Origin: Candidatus Heimdallarchaeota archaeon
GTDB taxonomy: Archaea; Asgardarchaeota; Heimdallarchaeia; Heimdallarchaeales; Heimdallarchaeaceae
Direction of reading: 5' to 3'
Length of the DNA: 64,000 bases
NCBI GenBank assembly: GCA_016839945.1
Contig: JAEOTE010000007.1
Location: 1-64,000 of the forward strand
The position numbers and the translations under genes are program-made. Shown here piece after piece: positions 9,874 to 18,958 of this stretch. The notes beneath the pieces are model-generated. The model was given only the letters and a program-made list of their open reading frames with translations. It searched no databases and was not told the DNA's origin. Every line of letters starts with the position of its first letter. Positions within the stretch are counted from its first letter, which is position 1.

Positions 9874-9961
9874 ATGGACTCCCTCCCATTATCCGGTGTT
9901 ATGAAGCTATTTACCACGTGTGGAAAGCCTTGTCTAACGAGAAAACATCACGAGTGATTTT
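9874..9961 (+). ncRNA. Candidate structured small RNA (or 27-aa sORF)
   Basis: GC-enriched island after TATA, several hairpins, ends in T-tract. Confidence 0.3.
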
Positions 9962-10077
9962 AAAAGGTATGAAAAAAATTGCATAAAAATTGCAGTTTTG
10001 TCTTAAAATTTCTGTGGGGTTTTTATACTTCTGTAAAAATAAGTAAAATTTATCTAATTGCTAAATGTTTTCTACTT

Positions 10078-11517
10078 GTGTTTGATACTAAGATATTTCA
10101 GCGAATTCGAGAAAGATTGACTCAAAATAACTATGATTATCTTATACAGCTATCTATTTGTTTTTCACTTTTTATCTTATCCTTAATAATCAGAACTGTT
10201 ATACGTACTTGGTTCTTATCAAATTTTAATGTTATACCATATATTTCAACAGAAGGTTGGTACTGGGAAACCTATCGAGATGCAGATACATATTACCAAC
10301 ATTACATTTACTCATTCAAGTATGAATCATGGAATCCTTATAGACTAGATAGAGAATGGCCATTGTCTGGATATGTATATGGTCCGATTTTTGTATATTG
10401 TTTAGTTTTTCTTTCATATTTCACTGACATATTTTATCCTGGAATTCCAAGACTAGATAGAGCTTGGAAAGCAGTTGTTTTTGCTCCAACCCTCTTTGAT
10501 TCTCTTACTACTGTTCTTATTTATTTAATAGTTCTAAAATCATTAAAAGAGGGGAAAAGAAATAGGTTAAACGTTGTTTACTCACTTTTAGCAGCATTAT
10601 CGTATATATTCATGCCTTTGGTTTTGTTTTATAACAACATTATGTTCCTAAATACATACATGGTTACTTTTTTTTCTGTTCTATCTTTCTATTTTCTGCA
10701 TAAAGGAAAACACAAATTATCTGGTGGTATTCTAGCGTTAGCAATTCTAACAAAACTAATTGCATTTTTCCTTCTACCTATCTGGTTTTTGTATCTCTTA
10801 AGAAACGATATAAGAAAAGGTCTAGAATTTTTATTATCAACTGCTCTAACAATGATAATTTTTTCTTTACCTTGGTTAGTAATGGATCCTTATAATTACA
10901 TATATCAACAAGTTTGGCCAGGTCAAACATTAAACACTGTTTTTTCCATAGAATATAGATGGATTTATTGGGCAACTACTCCCACGCATGCGTTCTTGTA
11001 TTGGGGGTGGGAAAATGTAGCTACATTTTATTATCAACTTAATTCTCTATATATACCTCTGTTTTTCTTTATTCTTGTAAGTTGTATTATAGTGATACTT
11101 AAAGCCCCACATATGGATCTGAAACGAAACTCGTTTTTTTCTTTTAATGCAATGTTTACAATTGGTTTCCATATCTTTTTATCAAGAGGTAACTACAAAT
11201 ATTATGATACATTTTTCATACCTTTTGTTATAGTAGCAATAGCAGAATGGGTTCAGAATTTCAGAAGAAAGGAAATTGGTGCAACTCTGTTTATTATATT
11301 TATAGGATGGATGGTTTTTCTAAATATATGGATAATAATTAAAATAAAATGGTTGCATATCTTTTTTACATTCCTCATTTTTGTTACTATTATAATTACT
11401 TACAATTTAGAAATGCATCTTGCTCTATTCCAGAAGAACAACTATGCTAGTTTATGGTTGTACATAAAAGAACAAAGCAGAAAAATAAAGAAATTAAAAA
11501 TTAAAGAAAACAGCTAA
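10078..11517 (+). CDS. GT-C membrane glycosyltransferase (GT87/PIG-M-like mannosyltransferase)
   Basis: Luminal DAD, NPY...YVYGP motif, LAILTK, >10 TM segments; GTG start at 10078 inferred. Confidence 0.7.
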   Translation: MFDTKIFQRIRERLTQNNYDYLIQLSICFSLFILSLIIRTVIRTWFLSNFNVIPYISTEGWYWETYRDADTYYQHYIYSFKYESWNPYRLDREWPLSGYVYGPIFVYCLVFLSYFTDIFYPGIPRLDRAWKAVVFAPTLFDSLTTVLIYLIVLKSLKEGKRNRLNVVYSLLAALSYIFMPLVLFYNNIMFLNTYMVTFFSVLSFYFLHKGKHKLSGGILALAILTKLIAFFLLPIWFLYLLRNDIRKGLEFLLSTALTMIIFSLPWLVMDPYNYIYQQVWPGQTLNTVFSIEYRWIYWATTPTHAFLYWGWENVATFYYQLNSLYIPLFFFILVSCIIVILKAPHMDLKRNSFFSFNAMFTIGFHIFLSRGNYKYYDTFFIPFVIVAIAEWVQNFRRKEIGATLFIIFIGWMVFLNIWIIIKIKWLHIFFTFLIFVTIIITYNLEMHLALFQKNNYASLWLYIKEQSRKIKKLKIKENS

Positions 11518-12491
11518 AATTCTGTTTTCTTAAGGAGTCTTTCCCATCTTTCATCAACAGCTTCTTGTATTTCAACAAGTTTTTTCTTCCATTCTGGTTT
11601 GAATAGATGTCTGAATCTTCCTTGTACTTTCAGAAAATCTTCTACAGGTAATTTCTTTTCCGGATTTTTTGCCAAACGTAAAGAAACTCCAGATAAAATC
11701 CATTCATCTTTGTAAGTGGAATAAAGTGGGAAGAAGCATGTTTTAACTGCAAGTTTAGCTACTTCAATTGATTGATCTGGAGAATATCTTTGTCCTAAAT
11801 TACATGGAGAATCAACCAATAAAAATGCTGAACCATCATGTTTAAGTCCAGCCTGAACCTTAGCCATTAGATCCCTTGGATATGCAGGACTTGCAGTAAA
11901 TGTAGGTATATCATGAGCTGCTAAAATTGCTGCTAAAGGTTTTTGCCAACGAATCTTTCCTGGAATCACAGAACCAGGGGGGCTGGTTGTTGTAGCTGCA
12001 CCTTGAGGAGTACCTCCAGAACGTTGTATACCAGTATTCATGTAAGCTCCATTATCATAACATATATAGAGAAAATCATGTCCTCTTTCTACTGCTCCAG
12101 AGAGACTTTGAAGTCCTATATCAAAGGAAGATCCATCACCGCCAAAAACAATCATATGAACTTCTCGCTCTCTCATGAGACCTTTTCTCTGCATAGCTTT
12201 CATTGCTTCAATTGCTCCTGAAGCTGTTGCAGGTGCGTTCTCAAATGCATTGTGCAACCAAGGTGCATCCCAAGCAGTGTATGGATAGATTGTTGTTGCA
12301 ACTTCCAAACATCCAGTTGCATTTACTAGCATGAAAGGATCACCAAGTGCTTTTGCAGCAAGTGTCACTTGTCTTGCCATTATTCCCGCTCCGCATCCAG
12401 CACATAATCTATGTCCTGAAGTTAATACTTCACCTAGCTTTGACCATTCTTGAAGATCTTTTACAGATACTTTTGGTAATTGTATTGTCAT
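11514..12491 (-). CDS. porB: Pyruvate/2-ketoisovalerate:ferredoxin oxidoreductase beta subunit
   Basis: GHRLCAGCG, ATGCLEV, TPP motif GGDG...YDNGAYMNTG; start at ATG 12491 after GGTGA. Confidence 0.95.
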   Translation of the reverse strand: MTIQLPKVSVKDLQEWSKLGEVLTSGHRLCAGCGAGIMARQVTLAAKALGDPFMLVNATGCLEVATTIYPYTAWDAPWLHNAFENAPATASGAIEAMKAMQRKGLMREREVHMIVFGGDGSSFDIGLQSLSGAVERGHDFLYICYDNGAYMNTGIQRSGGTPQGAATTTSPPGSVIPGKIRWQKPLAAILAAHDIPTFTASPAYPRDLMAKVQAGLKHDGSAFLLVDSPCNLGQRYSPDQSIEVAKLAVKTCFFPLYSTYKDEWILSGVSLRLAKNPEKKLPVEDFLKVQGRFRHLFKPEWKKKLVEIQEAVDERWERLLKKTEF

Positions 12492-12501
12492 TTTCTTCAC
12501 C

Positions 12502-13683
12502 TTACGTCCTATATCCTATCCAATCAGTAGTCATCGTCATACCAACATCATGATAATCTTTTGTCTTTTCATAGATATCCTCAATTTCAGGTAGTGTTAA
12601 CACTCTTCCGCCCAAACCATTGATGTAACCATGTAGAGTAGGAACATTCTCTTTTCCATACAAAGCAGTTGCTATATCAGTTTGCATTATTGTACCTGGA
12701 GAACCGAATGTTGCTGATCTATCCAAAATGCTGGCAGCTTTAACCCCACTTAATGCTTCTTGCACATCTAATGAAGGGAAAGGTCTATACAATCTGATCT
12801 TTAATGCTCCAACTTTTTCACCTTTATTTCTTAGTCTATCAACAACAGCTTTTGCATTTCCAGCTGTAGCTCCATAAGAAACAAAAGCATAGTCAGCATC
12901 TTCAAGTTGGTACTCTTCAATAATCTCCATTTTTCGTCCTGACATCTCACTAAATTCAGCCATTACATCCTTAGTGACTGTGTATGCTCGCTGCATTGCT
13001 TCCTCCTGTTGTCTTTTAATTTCCATGTAGTAATCTTGAAGAACTAACGAACCAAATGTCATTTTTTCGTCTGGATTAAATCGATATTTTGTTGATCTGT
13101 ATTCAGGGAGAAAATCTTCTACTTGTTGTTTACTAAGTGTTTCAACTCTTTCAAGAGCGTGTGTTACAATAAAACCTTCAATACCAAACATAGCAGGTAA
13201 CATAACATCAGGATGTTCAGCTATTTTGAAAGATAAGATAGTTTCATCATAAGCTTCTTGAGCTGATTCACCAAATAGAGAAACCCATGAAGTGTCTCTA
13301 CATACTACTTGATCTGTGCACTCACCATGTATATTGATTGGAGCAGAAAATGCTCTGTTTGCTATAGCAAGAACTATTGGACATCTCATTCCTGAAGCAA
13401 CATATAGAATTTCATACATTAAAGCTAAACCTGCTGAAGCTGATGCTGTGAAAACTCTTGCTCCTGTTAGTGATGCTCCAACACAAGCTGACATAGCTGA
13501 ATGTTCTGATTCGACAGGGATAAAACTTGTGTCTACCTCACCATTGTTGACAAAATCACTATAACGTTCTACGATAATCGTTTGTGGCGTGATAGGATAG
13601 GCAGCCACAACATCTGGGTTCACTAGTTTTGCTGCCCAAGCAACAGCTTCATCTCCAGTCATTCCTTTTACTTCTCTACTCAT
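12502..13683 (-). CDS. porA: Pyruvate/2-ketoisovalerate:ferredoxin oxidoreductase alpha subunit
   Basis: AYPITPQT, ESEHSA, ANRA, RPFP, GLGGR. Confidence 0.95.
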   Translation of the reverse strand: MSREVKGMTGDEAVAWAAKLVNPDVVAAYPITPQTIIVERYSDFVNNGEVDTSFIPVESEHSAMSACVGASLTGARVFTASASAGLALMYEILYVASGMRCPIVLAIANRAFSAPINIHGECTDQVVCRDTSWVSLFGESAQEAYDETILSFKIAEHPDVMLPAMFGIEGFIVTHALERVETLSKQQVEDFLPEYRSTKYRFNPDEKMTFGSLVLQDYYMEIKRQQEEAMQRAYTVTKDVMAEFSEMSGRKMEIIEEYQLEDADYAFVSYGATAGNAKAVVDRLRNKGEKVGALKIRLYRPFPSLDVQEALSGVKAASILDRSATFGSPGTIMQTDIATALYGKENVPTLHGYINGLGGRVLTLPEIEDIYEKTKDYHDVGMTMTTDWIGYRT

Positions 13684-13687
13684 TTTC

Positions 13688-14008
13688 TCACCTCGTCACC
13701 CTCAACATTTCAATTGCATCGGCAGGGCAATTTTTTGCACAAATAGCACAGCCTTTGCAGAACTCCAAATCACATTCCGCTTTCAAATTATCATCCATAA
13801 TTATAGCAGAATCAGGGCAATAATAATAGCAGTTCATGCAACTTATGCACTTATCTTTGTCAATATATGCTTTAAAAGCCGACCAATCTCCTGTCTTGTA
13901 AGCATATGCTGTATGATATGGAACAGTACCTCCTAGTGGAAGTTTTGAAGATCCCCATTTTTCTGATACCCATCTTTTAAATTCATCAGGCGCTTCTTTT
14001 TTTTCCAT
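13688..14008 (-). CDS. porD: Pyruvate/2-ketoisovalerate:ferredoxin oxidoreductase delta subunit
   Basis: TGDW; two CxxCxxCxxxCP [4Fe-4S] motifs. Confidence 0.95.
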   Translation of the reverse strand: MEKKEAPDEFKRWVSEKWGSSKLPLGGTVPYHTAYAYKTGDWSAFKAYIDKDKCISCMNCYYYCPDSAIIMDDNLKAECDLEFCKGCAICAKNCPADAIEMLRVTR

Positions 14009-14563
14009 TTATTCTACCTCCTCAAAAGCTCTTTTTATTGCACTAACGTTTTTTTCTCCTAATGCTCCTCGAAATCTGTTTTTTGTCACACTTACTAAAC
14101 TTTCAAGTTTTACAATTTTTGTGATTTTAATTAGAGCACCTAACATCACTAGGTTTGGAACATTCCTTCCAATCTCCTCCATTGCAATTTTAGAACCTGC
14201 AACTTTGTAGATGTTTGCGTGTGTATCACCAAAATACTTCTGAAGAGATTCCTTTAAACCCTCATAATTAACTACAATGATTCCTCCCGGTTTTAATCCA
14301 TCTGCAACTGGAACATCATCTAGAAGAGTAGGATCAATTACTACAACGATGTGAGGTTCATAGACTTCAGTTTTTTCAGTGAAAGGTTCTGGACATATTC
14401 TAGCAAATGAAGTTACTGGCGCACCGGCTCTTTCCGGACCAAAATTAGGAAAAGCATGTACGTAGCTTCCTTCAAGTATAGCTGCTTCAGCAAGAAGTCT
14501 TGAAGCTGTAACTGCTCCTTGACCTCCTCTTCCATTTATTCTAACATCAGTGATTTCTACCAA
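14009..14563 (-). CDS. porG: Pyruvate/2-ketoisovalerate:ferredoxin oxidoreductase gamma subunit
   Basis: GRGGQGAVTA, FGPERAGAPV, NLVMLGA. Confidence 0.95.
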   Translation of the reverse strand: MVEITDVRINGRGGQGAVTASRLLAEAAILEGSYVHAFPNFGPERAGAPVTSFARICPEPFTEKTEVYEPHIVVVIDPTLLDDVPVADGLKPGGIIVVNYEGLKESLQKYFGDTHANIYKVAGSKIAMEEIGRNVPNLVMLGALIKITKIVKLESLVSVTKNRFRGALGEKNVSAIKRAFEEVE

Positions 14564-14686
14564 TTATATCACCTGAAATTATTCATTTCTATAGAGTTAA
14601 AGAAAACAAGGATTCAATTAAATGTTATGTTATGATATTTAATTTTTAAATAATAAACAGAGAAAAATGAGGGAATATTTTTCTAT

Positions 14687-15244
14687 TTATTCCATTGCTG
14701 CAGATTTTTCAATCATCATCTTAGTTAGTTCGAAATAGATATCATTGATGTATTGTCCGGATTTTGCTGAAACTTCAAAATGAGGAAGAGTTTCGAATTT
14801 ATATTCTTCTTGTTTTGTTTTTGCATAATCCAATACTTCTTTTTCTGTTACTACTCTTTCATCTGGAACATCTGCTTTGTTACCTATAAGAATTGCAGGG
14901 ATTATAGTTTCACAATTTGTATATACTTCTGTAAACCATTTATCAAGATTCTCAAAAGAAGTATGACTTGTTAAGTCATAAACTACAAGGACACCATAAC
15001 TTCCTTTATAATATAAAGGACGAACATATGAAAAACGGTCATGCGAACCAGTATCCCAAGCTTGTATCTTAACTCGTTTTCCATCAACTTCGATATCTTT
15101 TACAGAAAACTCAACACCAATAGTTGGTAAGTAGCGTTCCCTAAACATACCTGTTGCAAAACGTAAGGTAATGGATGTTTTGCCAACATTTGGATCACCG
15201 ACGACGATTGTCTTGAATAGGTAATCAAACAACAAATCCTTCAC
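14687..15244 (-). CDS. Rab-like small GTPase (eukaryotic signature protein)
   Basis: G1 GDPNVGKTS, PTIGVEF, YYKGS, VVYDLT, G4 NKAD, G5 SAK. Confidence 0.92.
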   Translation of the reverse strand: MKDLLFDYLFKTIVVGDPNVGKTSITLRFATGMFRERYLPTIGVEFSVKDIEVDGKRVKIQAWDTGSHDRFSYVRPLYYKGSYGVLVVYDLTSHTSFENLDKWFTEVYTNCETIIPAILIGNKADVPDERVVTEKEVLDYAKTKQEEYKFETLPHFEVSAKSGQYINDIYFELTKMMIEKSAAME

Positions 15245-15347
15245 TATTTTTATTCTGTTTAGTTCTTACTTAAATTTATCGAAGATTGTAATCTAGTTTC
15301 TATTTAGGCAAAGATATTTTTACTTCTGATTTTATATTTGTAATATA

Positions 15348-15908
15348 ATGAAATTCATCATTATATTTGGACCACCTGCTGTAGGTAAGATGTCAGTTGG
15401 GAGAGAATTAGCTAAAATAACGGATTATAGGCTCCTTCATGGTCATATGACAATTGAATTAGTTTTAGAATTTTTCGATTTTGGAACTCCCAAATTTCAT
15501 ATTCTAAATAGTGAATTTCGTCGAAGAATAATGGAAGAAGTAGCCACAAGTGATTTGCCTGGATTAATTTACACATATGTTTGGGGATTTAATATAGAAT
15601 CAGAGAAAGAATATGTTGAAAAAATAAGTGGAATATTCAGAAAAGAAAGAGGAGTAGTATATTTTGTGGAATTATTCTGTGAATTAGATGAAAGATTAAG
15701 AAGAAATAAAACTAATGAGAGATTATCTGAAAAGCCTTCAAAAAGACAAAAGGAAGAATCTGAAGCACGTTTACTTGAATTAGAAAAGAAATATGTGATG
15801 AATACTCAAGGAGATTTTTATTTCAAAGAAAATTATATTCGAATAGATAATACACATCTGAGTCAAAGAGAGTGTGCAGAAAAAATAAAAGAAGAGTTCA
15901 ATTTGTAG
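15348..15908 (+). CDS. P-loop kinase (shikimate/nucleotide kinase-like)
   Basis: IIFGPPAVGKMS, ERLRRN lid. Confidence 0.75.
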   Translation: MKFIIIFGPPAVGKMSVGRELAKITDYRLLHGHMTIELVLEFFDFGTPKFHILNSEFRRRIMEEVATSDLPGLIYTYVWGFNIESEKEYVEKISGIFRKERGVVYFVELFCELDERLRRNKTNERLSEKPSKRQKEESEARLLELEKKYVMNTQGDFYFKENYIRIDNTHLSQRECAEKIKEEFNL

Positions 15909-16685
15909 TTAGAACATCTCTTCCTCATAATAAGGTATAATTTTACCACTTATAAATTCAAAAAGAATAGGTTCTCCTGTTAGTTCAGGTTTTCCTTTTA
16001 CATTTATCACTCTTACTTCTGTTATTGGTCTTTCTGCTTTAGTGTGTGATTTTGTTACTCTTATTGTTACATCACAATTATGTTCTATTGCTTTTACCAA
16101 TATAGGTTCATGTGCGTCTTGATGAAGTGTGAAAGTTGTAACTGATCCTTCTCTTTTATTTGCAGCAAGTCTGTTTTGCAAGAATGAAAAGATTATTTTC
16201 TTACTTTCATCAGCTGCATAAACTATTGATGACAAGGAAACTACAATACCTCTTTTCAAGATTTGTTGATTTTGAACATGTAAAAATGACCTTCTAATTG
16301 TTTCATTAATTTCTCTTGGTTGACTAAGATTATGAACAGCATGTTCATGTGAAGTTTTTACATCAGTATAACCAAAAGGATTACTAAAAGCATCAATGAA
16401 CTTAAGTCTTCCAGTTGCTTCTAGCATATCAGGATTTACACCTATTCCAGTCATCATCTCATTATAATATTCATAAGGGTGTTCAGTGGAAAAAATATAT
16501 CCATATTCTCCTGTTCTTAATCCTTCAGCAAGAAATTGAAGAACAAAAGGATCAGCTTCTGCTCCAATTTCATCTTCTATTAAAACATTTGATCCCGCAG
16601 GAATACCTCCTCCTAGAATCTCATCTAAGCTTGGAATTCCGAAAGAGAATAATTTTTTCTCCACACCAGAAGTATTAGGCATCAT
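15909..16685 (-). CDS. KaiC/RAD55-like RecA-fold protein, degenerate Walker motifs
   Basis: GIPSLDEILGGGIP, FLAEGL, LKFIDAFS; P-loop reads EDEIGAEAD. Confidence 0.8.
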   Translation of the reverse strand: MMPNTSGVEKKLFSFGIPSLDEILGGGIPAGSNVLIEDEIGAEADPFVLQFLAEGLRTGEYGYIFSTEHPYEYYNEMMTGIGVNPDMLEATGRLKFIDAFSNPFGYTDVKTSHEHAVHNLSQPREINETIRRSFLHVQNQQILKRGIVVSLSSIVYAADESKKIIFSFLQNRLAANKREGSVTTFTLHQDAHEPILVKAIEHNCDVTIRVTKSHTKAERPITEVRVINVKGKPELTGEPILFEFISGKIIPYYEEEMF

Positions 16686-16768
16686 ATCATTCAGCTCTAT
16701 ATTGTGAAAAATTGTTTAAACAGATATTTAACCTTTCCGCGAGAGGTAAGTCTTTTTGTAATGGGATT

Positions 16769-17095
16769 TTACTTGAATTTTCTGGATAATTTCTTCTTAA
16801 ACTTATCATCAAGTTCATTTGTACTCATGTACTCAAATTGAGATAACTGAGCTGCTACTTGCTTATTTAGTGCCTTTTGTTGAACCTTAATAGGTCGTAG
16901 ACACATTCCTGTATCATTCAATTTTCTTTCTCTACATTCTGCATAGTTGCACATATAGCCTAGACACTCACCATCATCCATTTTACAGAGAAATGTTTTT
17001 TTCCCATTGTTCTTTCTAATCTGAAGCATTCTTCTACTACAAATAAAAGAGCGGCAAGTTAACTTGCATATTCGATCTTCGGATCTTGCTGTCAT
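16769..17095 (-). CDS. Cys-rich (8 Cys) metal-binding hypothetical protein
   Basis: CKLTC, FIC, LCKMDDGEC, MCNYAEC, GMC. Confidence 0.7.
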   Translation of the reverse strand: MTARSEDRICKLTCRSFICSRRMLQIRKNNGKKTFLCKMDDGECLGYMCNYAECRERKLNDTGMCLRPIKVQQKALNKQVAAQLSQFEYMSTNELDDKFKKKLSRKFK

Positions 17096-17176
17096 TGAAA
17101 ACTACTTGTTATATTGCTATAGAAATCAATATTGTCATTTATTTATAAATATCACGCTTTAATCACGCACGTATAG

Positions 17177-17752
17177 TTACCAGGGAACATCTTTTATTTT
17201 TAATAGATATGCTAACCTGTTTGCAGTTATATGGATTAAGGGGGCTAATACTAGTAGAGATAACCAAAATACCCATGGTAATGTTCTGAAAGCTATCCAG
17301 CTCCAAAGAAGACCAAATAGAATGTAACCCATCTGATCAAAAACAGGTAAACTACTTCCTGATTCTAGATTTAATCTTCTCTTAACAAATGACCCAAACA
17401 AATCTCCAAAATTGCAACCCCAGCCCATGAGAATTCCAATCCAAAATGGATAATGAAATCCAAGAGAACCATATTGACTTAACATAAAATCTCCTGAAAG
17501 AACCCAAATTATAACTCCTGAAAGAAAACCTGAAAAAATTCCACTTACTAATCCTAGAATAGTTTTATGATCTCCCAAAATCCTCTTTCCATCAAAGAAA
17601 TTTTTATATGCGTCTATTGGGTATCCTCCACCTAGAATTGCTGGTACTGCATTTGAAACCAGTATAGGTACAGCAAATACAAGAGATAATCCTAGGTCTA
17701 AAATAAAACTCAAACTTTCCACCTTAACGCAATGATGAAAGACGTAAAACAC
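17177..17752 (-). CDS. carS: CDP-archaeol synthase
   Basis: PID...DGKRILGDHKT, GDLFGSFVKRRL, PVFDQ, KDVPW; true start probably GTG near 17722. Confidence 0.9.
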   Translation of the reverse strand: MFYVFHHCVKVESLSFILDLGLSLVFAVPILVSNAVPAILGGGYPIDAYKNFFDGKRILGDHKTILGLVSGIFSGFLSGVIIWVLSGDFMLSQYGSLGFHYPFWIGILMGWGCNFGDLFGSFVKRRLNLESGSSLPVFDQMGYILFGLLWSWIAFRTLPWVFWLSLLVLAPLIHITANRLAYLLKIKDVPW

Positions 17753-17843
17753 CTATATTTAAGAGATATGGAATAGCTTCAAAATACTAATTAGGGTAGG
17801 ATTAACAAAAAGGTTATTTGAGCTTAATTGAATCTACCTATGG

Positions 17844-18896
17844 ATGAATGATTTAACTTTAGTTTATTCAGATGAATTCAAGAAGCATGTGATGGATAGA
17901 GCTCATCCTGAATCACCTGAAAGACTAGAGCACACCATTAAAGCGGCTAGAGAGCTAATGGGAGAGTGTGAAAAAACAATAGAAATCATCAAACCAGAAA
18001 TTATTGAAAAAGAAGATTTATTATCTGTACACGTTCCTGATCATATTGAGAAAATTAAATCAATCTCTATGGCAGGGGGAGGAATGATTACTTTGGATAC
18101 TACAATGAATGAACATACGTATGATATAGCAAAATTAGCTGCAGGAGCAACAAAACTTGCCGCAAAATTAGTAGATGAGAATCATTCAAAAACAAGCTTT
18201 GCAGTGGTAAGACCACCAGGTCATCATGCAGAAGCAAATTCCGCAGGAGGTTTCTGTTTTTTCAATAATATTGCAATTGCTGCAGAATGGTTAATCTCAA
18301 AAAAAGGCTATAGAAGAGTTGTCATTTTAGATATTGATCATCATTTTGGAAATGGAACATCACATATTTTTTATCATAGAAGTGATGTTCTTTATGTCTC
18401 AATTCATGCCCATCCAATGTATTCATATCCAGGAACAGGATATCCAACAGAAATTGGAATTGTTGAAGGGATGGGATATAATGTCAATATTCCTCTTTTA
18501 CCTGGAACAGAATCAATAGATTGGTTACATTCTCTCAATTTTGCTTCAAATATTATTGAACAATTTCAACCACAAATTATTCTTGTTTCAGTAGGATTTG
18601 ATGCTTTAATTGGGGACCCTGTAGGTATTTTGAATTTGAGTAATAATGCATTTTTTGGTACAGGATACATAATTAATCAGTTAGCTAATAAATTCTGTAA
18701 TGGAAAAATATGCTGTACCCTAGAAGGAGGTTATAAAATAGAACAATTAGAAGAAGTTAGTAAAAAATTCTTCAAAGGAATGCTTGGATATAAGCCAAAA
18801 ATTATTGAGAAACTTCAAGAAACAAGAATCTCCAATCACACAAATAGCATGTTTAGTCAAGTAAAACGAGCTCTAAGAGATTATTGGAAATTCTAA
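17844..18896 (+). CDS. Histone deacetylase family (Zn-dependent) protein
   Basis: HPESPERL, RPPGHHA, GFCFFNN, DIDHHFGNGT, GFD, LEGGY. Confidence 0.95.
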   Translation: MNDLTLVYSDEFKKHVMDRAHPESPERLEHTIKAARELMGECEKTIEIIKPEIIEKEDLLSVHVPDHIEKIKSISMAGGGMITLDTTMNEHTYDIAKLAAGATKLAAKLVDENHSKTSFAVVRPPGHHAEANSAGGFCFFNNIAIAAEWLISKKGYRRVVILDIDHHFGNGTSHIFYHRSDVLYVSIHAHPMYSYPGTGYPTEIGIVEGMGYNVNIPLLPGTESIDWLHSLNFASNIIEQFQPQIILVSVGFDALIGDPVGILNLSNNAFFGTGYIINQLANKFCNGKICCTLEGGYKIEQLEEVSKKFFKGMLGYKPKIIEKLQETRISNHTNSMFSQVKRALRDYWKF

Positions 18897-18958
18897 TGCA
18901 TTCTAATCTTATTTATTTTTAGGAATTATTTTTAAATGACTAATTTATTTCACTCCTT

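Noticed and set aside
9899-9945. ATGA...AAA...GA resembling a eukaryote-like SECIS
   Set aside because: Stem geometry does not fit, and no in-frame UGA selenoprotein candidate was found nearby
16731-16748. Hairpin ACCTTTC-cgc-GAGAGGT
   Set aside because: Short, relies on a G-U pair, and overlaps the probable BRE/TATA of the KaiC-like gene
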